NCBI GenBank assembly: GCA_002269645.1
Contig: NIVC01004815.1
Span: forward strand, 1-34,421
Source of the DNA: Macrostomum lignano
Lineage: Eukaryota
Reading direction: 5' to 3'
Length of the DNA stretch: 34,421 bases
Below are positions 1-12,800 of this stretch, piece after piece. Made by a program: the position numbers and the translations under genes. Below the pieces are notes generated by a model that saw only the letters and a list, made by a program, of their open reading frames with translations, was not told the origin of the DNA and made no database searches. The number at the start of each line of letters is the position of its first letter. Positions within the stretch are counted from its first letter, which is position 1.

Positions 1-50
1 CTGAAGCTGTGCAGAGTTAAATGTATTACTCAGACACAAATTTTTCCAAT

Positions 51-120
51 GGGATCAAGAATCAAACCCCTAACCTTCAAGGCCATGAGTCTGATGCTCT
101 AACCACCAGGCTATAACCAC
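51..120 (-). pseudogene. Degenerate tRNA-Met(CAT)-derived sequence (tRNA pseudogene or SINE head)
   Basis: Reverse complement reads TAGCCTGGTGGTTAGAGCATCAGACTCATGGCCTTGAAGGTTAGGGGTTTGATTC: A-box, TCAGA-CTCAT anticodon arm and B-box-like GGTTTGATTC at tRNA spacing; stems are broken. Confidence 0.55.
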
Positions 121-772
121 TGAGATATATAACATACATGTCTAAAATTTTTGAATTCCAAGATGCATATGAAGCACAGATTTTTAAAATCCTCAGGTTC
201 CCCAACAGATTTTATCAAATATTGATATGTTTAAATGCCTTATAAATTTTATTATTACTATATAAACAAGGCCTAAGCAATATGCTTAGCATATCAATAA
301 GAAACATTCTCTACCAATTCATCCTACCCATTTTGCGTAGTCTTGGAAATCAAACAATTAGGTCTAAGCTTTTAAATAGTTTATATAATAGATTTGAACT
401 ATATTTTTTTCAAATTCAAGTAAGACAAAGAAATGAAGTTTATAGACTTAATTAGTAGATTAAGATTTGTCATTTGAATACTAAGTAATTGGGTAATGTT
501 ACTAATAATTAACTTTTAATAAGTAAGCCTAAAAAAGATTCAAGACTAGCTTACATAATAGGCCCCTAATCTTTAATAATATACATAATGCATAATTAAT
601 AGGCATAGGCCTATCTACAAAAAAATTTAATTCTATGTGGGCATGCTGAGTTTTGAAGCTAAATATGCACTAGGGCCTAGTGACTAACTAAAATTTAAAT
701 TTAATTTGAATGATAATATAGATAGAAAGCTCTAGGTAATAAAATTTTATTGGAAGTGCTTATCCCATGATC

Positions 773-958
773 CCATGCTGATAATTCCAATTTTTCCACA
801 TGGATCCATGTTGATAATTTCCAACTTATCTCCACAGCAGCTTATTGAAATAGCTGCTACCATTCAAGTCTATAGGCCATGTTAATAATTCCAATTTTAT
901 CTACACAGATCTGTGTTGATAATTTTTAGCTTATCCCATGGCAGCTTATTGGAATAGA
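773..958. repeat. Old degenerate tandem duplication, period ~104 bp
   Basis: ccatgctgataattccaattt...gcagcttattgaaatag (773-853) recurs as ccatgttaataattccaattt...gcagcttattggaatag (877-958). Confidence 0.55.
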
Positions 959-2441
959 GAACCTTAAAATAAATCTGTTAAAAACTCATATCTACCACTG
1001 TATCACCAATACGAACTACTTAGTAACTGCATGTTACATGTACACACACTTGGATGGATCCTGGAAGTGCAGTGTAAGTCCACGTCAATGATAGATGCGA
1101 TTGATGTCATGATGTGAGTCGTGACCCTTACTTGGCCAGCCAGGGCTCCATTGAACAAAAAAATATTAGCGGCCCCTCCCATTTGAATTTAGCGTTTATC
1201 CTGGAATTTAGAAACGGTGGTTTATTTAAACAAAAAGCACTCGTCGCATTTCATTAATTATTGCTGCTAGCATTCTCTTTTATAAAAAGGGTAGCTTGGT
1301 CTCCGACTAAAAACAAAAAAATTATTGCCCCTAGCTTGAACTTCGAAAAAACTACAAAGACGTAATGTAACTTCGGCTCATTTAATTTTTTTTCGGACTA
1401 GACTAGCTAACGTCGGAATCATTGATGCAAGACCAAGGACCAAGTTGTTATATTTACATCGCTTGAATAGGCTTATACCACAGGCACAAACTCACTGACT
1501 ACAAGGTAAAACCTTGAATAATTGAATAATTGAAGTAATATGCTTTTTCGTGGACTATACATGTATAAGTTTAGAAATCTAGATCGACCATGCAAATATT
1601 GTCGTTGATCCAGTCCCGAGTATTGAGCAGTCCTTGGTCAGGGAATAGATGCAGAATTTAATACTAATTTTAACACGTTTTAAGACGCACTTAATTAAGG
1701 AAGTATTGCGCCTAGTGTTCATTGGCCCTTTTATAAGAATTATTTGGCTCTATACTAGCAATAATTGTCTCTAAGATCCTCAGTATTGTCCCCTGCATGC
1801 ATGCAGTCTCCTGCTTCCAAAATATATTATCAAGATATTAGGCTATAAGGTATACGTCAGGTAAAATCTTGGCTACAGTCTGTACTCCATCCATCATAAT
1901 TAATTTCGGCAAAGACGCTTCTCCATTACCTCCAGCTATCATCGTCACTATTATTTCTTGCATGTAAAATGTAATTTATATGTTGCACAGCACATTCTCA
2001 TTCTCGTAAACCTTCGCTGCTTTCATTGGCATCTGGAGCGGCACTTATACTTGTACTGTACACTCAGAAGATCTACATGTAGATCCACAGGTACACCTGT
2101 ACATGCATATACATGTAGTTTCTCACAGGACTGCAGGCTCTGGCCGCGGTATCACGTACTTGCTTGATTTCCCGCACTTTCTATAATACACTGGCTATGG
2201 TTGAATTAGCAGTCAGAATTAAATTTGGTTGTTAATGAGATCCAAAAACTCACAGAACTGATGGCGAAAATATGCTTCATGGGGTTATTTTTAAAATTTT
2301 TATGGCACTCTCCACATCTTCCCCAGTCTCTTTGGCACCTTTCGTCTGCGGGGGAGTACTATAGTTCCTCAATCCGTCCTTTCTTCAATCACAATTTCTC
2401 AATAATCTATTCCGACGTACATGTATAGCTATATGGACTCT

Positions 2442-2487
2442 CCTGAGGATCGGCACGAAGCGCGCGGATACGTACGCATACTCACAC
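2442..2487 (-). mobile_element. Internal fragment of the tRNA-SINE family
   Basis: cctgag...gcacgaagcgcgcggatacgtacgca matches the SINE body at ~5600-5635. Confidence 0.55.
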
Positions 2488-2510
2488 TCCTGCTGGGTGT
2501 ATGGCACCAT

Positions 2511-3448
2511 GGTGCTGGCGCCCCTGGTTCTGGCGCCCCTGGGTCTGGCGCCTCTGGCGGTGCTGGCGCCCCTGGTGCTGGCGCCCCTGGTGCTGGCGCC
2601 CCTGGTGTTGGCGCCCCTGGTGCTGGCGCCCCTGGTGCTGGCGCCCCTGGTGCTGGCGCCCCTGGTTCTGGCGCCCCTGGTGTCTGGCGCCCTGGCGGTG
2701 CTGGCGCCCCTGGTGCTGGCGCCCCTGGTGCTGGCGCCCCTGGTGTTGGCGCCCCTGGTGCTGGCGCCCTGGTGCTGGCGCCCCTGGTGCTGGCGCCCCT
2801 GGTGCTGGCGCCCCTGGTGCTGGCGCCCCTGGTGCTGGCGCCCCTGGTGCTGGCGCCCCTGGTGCTGGCGCCCCTGGTGCTGGCGCCCCTGGTGCTGGCG
2901 CCCTGGTGCTGGCGCCCCTGGTGCTGGCGCCCCTGGTGCTGGCGCTCCTGGTGCTGGCGCCCCTGGTGCTGGCGCCCTGGTGCTGGCGCCCCTGGTGCTG
3001 GCGCCCCTGGTGCTGCGCCCTGGTGCTGCGCCCTGGTGCTGGCGCCCTGGTGCTAAAGCCCCTGGTGCTAAAGCCCCTGGTGCTGGCGCCCCTGGTGCTA
3101 AAGCCCCTGGTGCTAAAGCCCCTGGTGCTGGCGCCCTGGTGCTAAAGCCCCTGGTGCTAAAGCCCCTGGTGCTAAAGCCCCTGGTGCTAAAGCCCCTGGT
3201 GCTAAAGCCCCTGGTGCTAAAGCCCCTGGTGCTAAAGCCTGGTGCTAAAGCCCCTGGTGCTAAAGCCCCTGGTGCTAAAGCCCCTGGTGCTAAAGCCCCT
3301 GGTGCTAAAGCCCTAAAGCCCCTGGTGCTAAAGCCCCTGGTGCTAAAGCCCCTGGTGCTAAAGCCCCTGGTGCTAAAGCCCCTGGTGCTAAAGCCCTGGT
3401 GCTAAAGCCCCTGGTGCTAAAGCCCATGTTGCTAAAGCCCCTGGTGCT
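2511..3448. repeat. 15-bp GC-rich minisatellite (GGTGCTGGCGCCCCT, changing to GGTGCTAAAGCCCCT)
   Basis: Direct tandem repeat of ~60 units, some 14 bp; variant switch at ~3054-3140. Confidence 0.97.
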
Positions 3449-4109
3449 GCATGGCGAACTGCTAAAGCTCCTGTCACAGGAACCAAAACTAATTTTCTTT
3501 ATAAATGCTGAAATATAGTACAGTAGCCTGTACATACATGTAGAAACAGACCGTGCAACCCTCAAACATTAGCTACTTGGTCTAAAACATGAATTTAGAA
3601 ACATGAACTGTTTTGCTAATTAAGTAAATAATACACTGGCAAGTCATACTGTACGGACAATTAAAAACTACACGCACTGCACATACTACTACACTTACAA
3701 ATGTGTATATATTCTACTGCTAGAGTAGCATGTACATCTCAATGACTTTAATCTAGTATATTTTTTATCAGCCGTAGTACAAAATGAAAGTCTATACGTA
3801 TAGACGTATAGACCAGGTGGCATTTACATCTTCCTTATCTTTGTAATAAAAAATATATAAAAGCATTTTACTGACAACTCTACTGAGGCTAAATTCAAAG
3901 CAAATTGAACAAACCTGTACATAAAAAATATCGAGTTAGAAAATGTTGATCTCAGAGTGTTTAAATGATGCCGAAATGATAGCAAGCTGATTTAATGATA
4001 GCCCATTAGTCTGCCATCCACTGGCGAGTACATTGGGTTGTGTCCCTTCGCCACTTTCTTGTAGCCGCCCAGGAAGTTTAGCGTATCTGCGAGTGTTCAG
4101 GGAGTCAAG

Positions 4110-5032
4110 GGATGGGTCAAGTGAGTCAGGGATATCTAGTCAAGTGAGTCAGGGATATTTAGTCAAGTGAGTCAGGGATATTTAGTCAAGTGAGTCAGGG
4201 ATATTTAGTCAAGTGAGTCAGGGATATTAGTCAAGTGTGTCAGGGATATTTAGTCAAGTGAGTCAGCTAGGATGTTAGTCAAGTGAGTCAGGGATATTAG
4301 TCAAGTGAGTCAGCTAGGATGTTAGTCAAGTGAGTCAGGGATATTAGTCAAGTGAGTCAGGGATATTTATTCAAGTGAGTCAGGGATATTTAGTCAAGTG
4401 TGTCAGGGATATTAGTCAAGTGAGTCAGGGATATTAGTCAAGTGAGTCAGCAATATTTAGTCCAGTGAGTCAGGGATATTAGTCAAGTGAGTCAGGAGAT
4501 AATATTCAAGTGAGTCAGGGATATTAGTCAAGTGAGTCAGGGATATTAGTCAAGTGAGTCAGCAATATTTAGTCAAGTGAGTCAGCAATATTTAGTCAAG
4601 TGAGTCAGGGATATTAGTCAAGTGTGTCAGAGATATTTAGTTAAGTGAGTCAGGGATAATATTCAAGTGAGTCAGGGATATTAGTCAAGTGAGTCAGCAA
4701 TATTTAGTCCAGTGAGTCAGGGATATTAGTCAAGTGAGTCAGGAGATAATATTCAAGTGAGTCAGGGATATTAGTCAAGTGTGTCAGAGATATTTAGTTA
4801 AGTGAGTCAGGGGATAATATTCAAGTGAGTCAGGGATATTAGTCAAGTGAGTCAGCAATATTTAGTCCAGTGAGTCAGGGATATTAGTCAAGTGAGTCAG
4901 GAGATAATATTCAAGTGAGTCAGGGATATTAGTCAAGTGTGTCAGAGATATTTAGTTAAGTGAGTCAGGGGATAATATTCAAGTGAGTCAGGGATATTAT
5001 TCAAGTAAGTCGGGATGTTAGTCGAGTGGGTC
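4110..5032. repeat. 22-23-bp minisatellite (AGTCAAGTGAGTCAGGGATATT[T]) with a ~157-bp higher-order repeat at the 3' end
   Basis: About 40 tandem units; the marker tttagtccagtgagtc recurs at ~4456, ~4704 and 4861. Confidence 0.96.
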
Positions 5033-5503
5033 AGGAATCTTCAGAAAGAATTTTCAGAAAGAAAGTAGAAAAGCAGAAGAACAGGTTGCTGCTGGTGCGG
5101 AACTTACCTCTGGCGCAGCAGTAAGTGGTGTGGAGCCCAATCAGGAGAATTAGCAGGCACAGGACTAGCTTGGCACTTCCGCCACTGCGTTGCCAAAGCA
5201 TAGAAAATCAGTTTAAACAGCAGTTTTAGTAATAAAATAAAACTGAGATTTATTGAACTTCAATACATTCAACAAGTTGATCTGCGCAATATAATTAAAA
5301 TCCATAAAATTGTTTTTTATAGTTTCTGTCATAGACATTTTCAGAACGGTTTTGTAGATTGAAACTGATTGGATTAGATTTGGCGCATGCAAAACTTCTG
5401 ACAGCAAACCGTTGCAAATTTCGAATAATAATATAGATATTGAAAATACGCCATACATAAAATACATGCAGAGCAGCAAGTGCCTTACCTGTTACGGACA
5501 GAT

Positions 5504-5867
5504 CTTTTTAGAAGCAGGGGTTGTGTGCACCCTGGTGCACTTTAAGCGACATTGTCACACAACCGGCGAGAGGCATTGCTGCCCATTCCGCCGGCTCCCC
5601 TGAGCAGGCATACAAGCGCGCGGATACGTACGCAGTCACACGCACAGGCACACACACAGGAGTGTACAGCAGCCCTAACTCTATTTATCGTTAGGCATGT
5701 ACACTTTAATGTGCCTTGGGAGTTGGAGCTCAAGGCCGTTAATTGCACGAGCAGAGCCAAGCCGAGATTCCAATTTAGCCCCAAATTAATGTGACTGCAC
5801 TTGAAATCGAGCCTGGGCCGCTGGCACACCAGAGCGCCGCATTGGACCACTGGGCTACGGCACCCCC
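5504..5867 (-). mobile_element. tRNA-derived SINE, copy A (full length)
   Basis: Minus-strand head GGGGGTGCCGTAGCCCAGTGGTCCAATGCGG...GGCTCGATTTC (A and B boxes) and A-tail at 5505-5509. Degenerate 16-bp TSD cctgttacggacagat (5488-5503) / cctgttttagacagat (5866-5881). Collinear with copy B. Confidence 0.88.
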
Positions 5868-5884
5868 TGTTTTAGACAGATGCC

Positions 5885-6490
5885 TCACCTGTCACCTGTC
5901 ACCTGTCACCTTTCACCTGTTTCACCTTTTACCTGTCACCTGTCACCTGTCACCTGTCACCTGTCACCTTTCACCGGTCACCTGTCACCTGTCACCTGTC
6001 ACCTGTCACCTGTCACCTTTTACCTGTCACCTTTTACCTGTCACCTTTTACCTGTCACCTTTTACCTGTCACCTTTTACCTGTCACCTTTTACCTGTCAC
6101 CTTTTACCTGTCACCTTTTACCTGTCACCTTTTACCTGTCACCTGTCACCTGTCACCTGTCACCTGTCACCTTTCACCGGTCACCTGTCACCTGTCACCT
6201 GTCACCTTTTCACCTGTCACCTGTCACCTGTCACCTTTTACCTGTCACCTTTTACCTGTCACCTTTTACCTGTCACCTTTTACCTGTCACCTTTTACCTG
6301 TCACCTTTTACCTGTCACCTTTTACCTGTCACCTTTTACCTGTCACCTTTTACCTGTCACCTTTTACCTGTCACCTTTTACCTGTCACCTTTGCCACCTG
6401 TCACCTTTTACCTGTCACCTGTCACCTGTAACCTGTCACCTGTCACCTGCCACCTGTCACCTGTCACCTGCCACCTGTCACCTGTCACCT
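5885..6490. repeat. 7-bp satellite (CACCTGT)n with 14-bp variant CACCTTTTACCTGT
   Basis: Direct tandem repeat abutting the SINE 5' flank. Confidence 0.97.
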
Positions 6491-7017
6491 GTTACTCGTA
6501 GAGAACAAACAGATTTCCATTACAAGTAAAATAAACAAACGGCTTTTTCAGGCCGATCAATAAATCAATTCTAGAAAAAAATCAAATAAAAAAAAATCTA
6601 GTTAGCGAACGGGGGCCGCCAATCCCCAGCTTCTCCTCGCTGATCCCCTCATCATCGTGTGAAATCCTTAAAACGGCCCATCACCCCAGCGCTCTGAAGA
6701 GGGTCCTTCGCTCCGTCTTTTGTCGGGCAGCCACTCGCGAGGCCAGTTGAAGTGACGGAGCGCCGGCTTGCCTTCCTTTCCGGCTGGGTCGACAGTCAGC
6801 AAAAAAGGCATTGGCGAAGGTTTCTTCTAAAATGATATTGATTTCTCCCATTCGGAGCCTCGGGTGTCGGTTCCGGGTCACAGATTCTGCGCGCTCACTC
6901 TTTATCCCTTTAATCCAACGAAGAATGGAAAGGCCGAATGGCAGTTGAAAAGCTGGGTGAGGTATTTAAGGGAAGAGAAAAAACTGAAAAAATATTGCCT
7001 AAATACCGTCCCATCAG

Positions 7018-7094
7018 CCTGTGTGAGCAGAAAGTCAGAAGGGTTGAAGGCTGCCCCTGCTGTGACATCACAGCAGCTGACCAACTGTTTCCAG
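7018..7094 (+). other. Putative upstream (5'UTR) exon of the DEG/ENaC gene; left boundary uncertain
   Basis: Strong donor CAG|GTGAGC at 7094/7095. Splicing to the acceptor ttacccag|atc at 8282/8283 is in frame with ATG 8292. Candidate acceptor ccatcag ends at 7017. Confidence 0.4.
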
Positions 7095-7102
7095 GTGAGC
7101 AA

Positions 7103-7424
<322 letters not shown>

Positions 7425-8291
7425 GAGAGGGCTAAGAACCAGTTTACTAATCTTATATTTACAGTATTCTCAGTCAGTACAGTTCTTAGTTAAGCCCCAT
7501 TCCACTAAACGGCACGAGCGAATCGGTAGCAAAGTGATCATTAATTATTTACATGTAAATTCGTCACCTCTATCTCTAATTAGTTCCCTCTCTGCTCAGT
7601 GCAGTCTCAACCAAATCAGTACACTTGATTTGCCAGTTTTTAAAGCGGCGTGTGCAGGAGCAAATATGCGCGCTATTTTAATTTACAATCTTTAATTAGA
7701 GATAAGGTTCGTAAACTTTTAATACACTATACATATAAAAGTAATCTTATAATATCAGTGGCTAAACTTGTTTTCGTTGACAGTTTAGAAACTCAAACAA
7801 CACTTCAACACTAATTGGTGAACTGAGCCTGTTGAAATCCAATTATTTTATCTCATTCTCAAGTGGCGGCAAAGTCAAGAGTTATTTTTTTCAAGCAATT
7901 GAAGTACTTAATGAACTTTTCAATTGACCTATATTTTGACAGAATCGAAATCTGCAGAGGGCGCTGTATACACTCGATTTTACTAGAAACGAGTGGGTTG
8001 TGCCATAGACAAATTTGATTGAGAGAAATCTCTCTCCAGTCTCCAGCCCATTCCTTTATAACTTTATAACCGGCCGAGGGCACAGTTGAGGAGGTGCGGG
8101 TCACGGTCAGCCACTTCAAGCTGCCTCGAAAGATCATTTAATAGGCTGGAATGCAGTCAGTCCAATAGGCAATAGCTGGAAAGAAACGATTGCACTTCTT
8201 GACCACGTTTGGTTATATAGTACGGTATTGATCCCCGTTAAAAAATAAGATTGTGACTTGAATAAAGTATAAAATTACCCAGATCTCAGAA

Positions 8292-8451
8292 ATGCATAAC
8301 TTTAGTGATGAGCAGCTAGCAATGACAGACCAAGCAACTGACTCTGCAGCAGTGGATGCTGCGATGACGTCATCAGCTTCCATAGCTGGCCGGCAAGTTC
8401 GGTACTGCATGCTGCGGCCGCCAGGGCATGCGGACCTATCTGCCGCTCTCA
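8292..8451 (+). CDS. DEG/ENaC channel, coding exon 1 (MHNFSDEQLAM...DLSAAL, 53 codons + 1 nt)
   Basis: ATG at 8292, open for 160 nt to donor A|GTGAGT (8452). Phase 1 matches the phase-1 acceptor attcttccag|AG at 9490/9491 (junction codon AAG). The downstream frame is open but has no ATG until 9619. Confidence 0.65.
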
Positions 8452-8463
8452 GTGAGTAGCTCG

Positions 8464-8853
<390 letters not shown>

Positions 8854-9490
8854 TGGCCGGACGGACAGACTTAATTCAGCATCCCAGCTTCGAAGCCTCA
8901 TCTGCTCGCTTTCAATTCAGTGTCCCTCGACGGGAGCGAATTTGCATTTACCTCGCAGTGGGAAAATAAGATTCGTTTTGTTAGAAAACCGTCCTCACCA
9001 ACAGACACGTGAATTTCCCGACTGAAGCTGCCTATAAAAGATTGAAAGGCTTGACTTAACGATTTTTCTTATTAAGCCTCAGCCAGTGCTACTCATAGCT
9101 GGTCTCACAGCTGTAAGCTGCTCAGCCCTCTGTTCCCAGGAGGCTGGAAGTGTCTTCACGGAAGCAGCTGGGTGGCAACTAGCAGCTATCTATCTTCTCA
9201 GCTTATGCAGGAGGGGATTGGCTGGCTGAGCAGCCAAGGAGAGACGCTGGCAGGCATTCAGAATGAGGCTGAGTGCCTGCATCAGCCGCGCACATCTCTA
9301 TCCTGCGAGATGAAATTCACTCAGAGAGTCCACAAAGTGGTTATGATGCTCATCTTCTTAAGCTTTAATCCGCTGCCGGCTTGTCCGTAACTCTCATATC
9401 CGTTCCGGTCTCTTTCTAAAAATACTGGATTAAATAGGCGACTTTTCCCACTGTAGTTTATCGTATTTGGTGTCGCAATCATTCTTCCAG

Positions 9491-10689
9491 AGCACAGAAG
9501 CGGCAGTGGAGGCGGCGGCGGTGCCCACAGCAGACATCGGTCTGACAACGGAGAGTTGCAGAGCGTCAACAACTCGATAGCTGGGAGTGCAGTTCCGGCG
9601 GGCAGTCCCTGGGTTCGCATGGAGCTCAGCGCGGGGCCAGCGAGTCAGCGGACTTCGATGACGCGCGCCGAACAGCAGGATCCGTTGCTAATTGGTGAAG
9701 TAGCATCGGCTCCGAGTGTTGGCGCCAAGCACCTGAGCGTGATGCAGATCATCAGCATGAACTTTGTCCGCTACTGTCAGACAACGTCGCTTAGAGGCGT
9801 GCCAAAAATAGTGAAGACCAAGGAGAAGTTCTTGAAGGTGGTCTGGGCGAGCTTCGTTCTCGCCTTCTTTCTCGGCTGTCTCACCTGTTTGGCCCTCATC
9901 ATCAATCAGTACTTGGCGCATGACGTCATCCACCAGCCGAAAACGATGCGGAATTATTCTGTTGAATTTCCATCCTTCACCGTGTGCAACACGCGGCCGC
10001 TGTCGCAGGCTGGGATCGCCTACATCCGCAGCCACGGCCTCATGCTGCCCAAGGAGTACAGCCAGCACTACATTCGAGCCATCAGAAACACGGCTCGCAA
10101 CATGAACGGATTGAAGACTGAACTATTCAACTTGACAGTTAAAGACGCATTGAGCACAATATTCGACACTAAAGGCTACTATGAGAACATGCCTGCGGGT
10201 ATCGACATGAACCAGTTCGGGCACGCACTGGAGCAGACCATACTACTCTGCGAGAGCACCATTCTCATGAACAGTTTCAAACGATCGAAAATCTGCGACA
10301 GCATCGGCCATTGGACTCAGACTTACGATAATAAATTCCTGAACTGTTACACCTTCACGGCGGACGCCAACCACACGAAGTCAATTCTAACAGTTCGCAT
10401 TATGGCTTTCACTAACGAGAGAAACCTGACCTACTGCCCGGACTGCAGCAACTTCCCAGCTACGCAAGTGTCGGGACTTCGCGTTCAGCTGCACAATGCG
10501 GGAAATTATCCCGAGGTGCAGGAGGAGGGACTCAACATCAAGCCGGGCAGCCTGACCGAGATCCGGTTTGACACGAAGCAGTGGATGATGAAGGAGCCAC
10601 CGCATGGACGCTGCTCAGAGACTGTGCCGCCCACATTGCAGTTTAACGGCACCAATTTCACGTACAGCTACCAGGCGTGCAAAAATAAG
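9491..10689 (+). CDS. DEG/ENaC (amiloride-sensitive Na+ channel superfamily) subunit, coding exon 2: pre-TM1, TM1 and most of the ectodomain
   Basis: TTSLRG pre-TM1 motif; hydrophobic TM1 (VVWASFVLAFFLGCLTCLALII); FPSFTVCNTRP (FPAVTxCN motif); NCYTF; GLRVQLH..P..EEG..IKPG..T; several N-glycosylation sequons. Donor AAG|GTAAGG at 10689/10690 (phase 0). Alternative start ATG 9619. Confidence 0.95.
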
Positions 10690-10816
10690 GTAAGGTATCG
10701 ACCTGACTGCGAGCTGCCCATGGCAAACTTTCAGTATTCAGGGATGTTAGGTAAACGCTTTGAGCATCAAAGGCAGCAAGGGTTTTTCTACAGTGGGAAA
10801 TAAAGATTGTGAATAT

Positions 10817-12800
10817 GAAGTTTCGAGCTTGTGAAGATTAAAGCTTGTGAAGATCTAATCTTGTGAAGATTCGAGCTTGTGAGGATTCGACCTAGTGAAG
10901 TTTGAGCTTGTGAAGATTCGAGCTTGTGAGGATTCGAGCTTGTGAGGATTCGAGCTTGTGAGGATTCGAGCTTGTGAGGATTCGAGCTTGTGAGGATTCG
11001 AGCTTGTGAGGATTCGAGCTTGTGAGGATTCGAGCTTGTGAGGATTCGAGCTTGTGAGGATTCGAGCTTGTGAAGATTCGAGCTTGTGAAGATTCGAGCT
11101 TGTAAAGTTTGAGCTTGTGAAGATTTGAGCTTGTGAAGATCCAATCTTGTGAAGATTCGAGCTTGTGAGGATTCGAGCTTGTGAAGATTCGAGCTTGTGA
11201 AGATTCGAGCTTGTGAAGATTCGAGCTTGTGAGGATTCGAGCTTGTGAAGATTTGAGCTTGTGAAGTTTCGAGTTTGTGAAGTTTCGAGCTTGTGAAGAT
11301 TCGAGCTTGTGATGATTCGAGCTTGTGAAGATCCAATCTTGTGAAGATTCGAGCTTGTGAAGATTCGAGCTTGTGAAGATCCAATATTGTGAAGATTCGA
11401 GCTTGTGAGGATTCGAGCTTGTGAAGATTCGAGCTTGTGAAGATTCGAGCTTGTGAAGATTCGAGCTTGTGAAGATTCGAGCTTGTGAAGATTCGAGCTT
11501 GTAAAGTTTGAGCTTGTGAAGATTTGAGCTTGTGAAGATCCAATCTTGTGAAGATTCGAGCTTGTGAGGATTCGAGCTTGTGAAGATTCGAGCTTGTGAA
11601 GATTCGAGCTTGTGAGGATTCGAGCTTGTGAAGATCCAATCTTGTGAAGATTCGAGCTTGTGAGGATTCGAGCTTGTGAAGATTCGAGCTTGTGAAGATT
11701 CGAGCTTGTGAAGATTCGAGCTTGTAAGATTCGAGCTTGTGAAGATTCGAGCTTGTGAGGATTCGAGCTTGTGAAGATTCGAGCTTGTGAAGTTTCGAGT
11801 TTGTGAAGTTTCGAGCTTGTGAAGATTCGAGCTTGTGAAGATTCAAGCTTGTGATGATTCGAGCTTGTGAAGATCCAATCTTGTGAAGATTCGAGCTTGT
11901 GAGGATTCGAGCTTGTGAAGATTCGAGCTTGTGAAGATTCGAGCTTGTGAGGATTCGAGCTTGTGAAGATTCGAGCTTGTGAAGATTCGAGCTTGTGAAG
12001 ATTCGAGCTTGTGAAGATTCGAGCTTGTGAAGATTCGAGCTTGTGAAGATTCGAGCTTGTGAAGATTCGAGCTTGTGAAGATCCAATCTTGTGAAGATTC
12101 GAGCTTGTGAGGATTCGAGCTTGTGAAGATTCGAGCTTGTGAAGATTCGAGCTTGTGAGGATTCGAGCTTGTGAAGATCCAATCTTGTGAAGATTCGAGC
12201 TTGTGAGGATTCGAGCTTGTGAAGATTCGAGCTTGTGAAGATTCGAGCTTGTGAAGATTCGAGCTTGTGAAGATTCGAGCTTGTGAAGATTCGAGCTTGT
12301 GAGGATTCGAGCTTGTGAAGATTCGAGCTTGTGAGGATTCGAGCTTGTGAAGATTCGAGCTTGTGAAGATTCGAGCTTGTGAGGATTCGAGCTTGTGAAG
12401 ATCCAATCTTGTGAAGATTCGAGCTTGTGAGGATTCGAGCTTGTGAAGATTCGAGCTTGTGAAGATTCGAGCTTGTGAAGATTCGAGCTTGTGAAGATCC
12501 AATCTTGTGAAGATTCGAGCTTGTGAGGATTAGAGCTTGTGAAGATTCGAGCTTGTGAGGATTCGAGCTTGTGAAGATTCGAGCTTGTGAAGTTTCGAGC
12601 TTGTGAAGATTCGAGCTTGTGAAGATTCAAGCTTGTGAAGATTCGAGCTTGTGAAGATTCGAGCTTGTGAGGATTCGAGCTTGTAAAGATTCGATCTTGT
12701 GAGGATTCAAGCTTGTGAAGATCCAATCTTGTGAAGATTCGAGCTTATGAGGATTCGAGCTTGTGAAGATCCAATCTTGTGAAGATTTGAGCTTGTGAAA
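10817..12800. repeat. 16-bp intronic minisatellite (TTGTGAAGATTCGAGC)n, ~120 units
   Basis: Direct tandem repeat with GAAG/GAGG variants and a recurrent GATCCAATC marker unit. Confidence 0.98.

Noticed and set aside
2421-3405. Collagen/elastin-like GAPGA ORFs
   Set aside because: Translation of a 15-bp satellite open in several frames; 14-bp units shift frames; no signal peptide or splice support.
5040-5490. Minus-strand donor-like sites (GAG|GTAAGT near 5110, CAG|GTAAGG near 5487) hinting at an antisense gene
   Set aside because: No coherent reading frame or exon chain; one site lies within a SINE TSD.
7950-7968. CTCF-like TGCAGAGGGCGCTG
   Set aside because: Misses the 5' CC positions, and such motifs are common in repeats; a single weak match.
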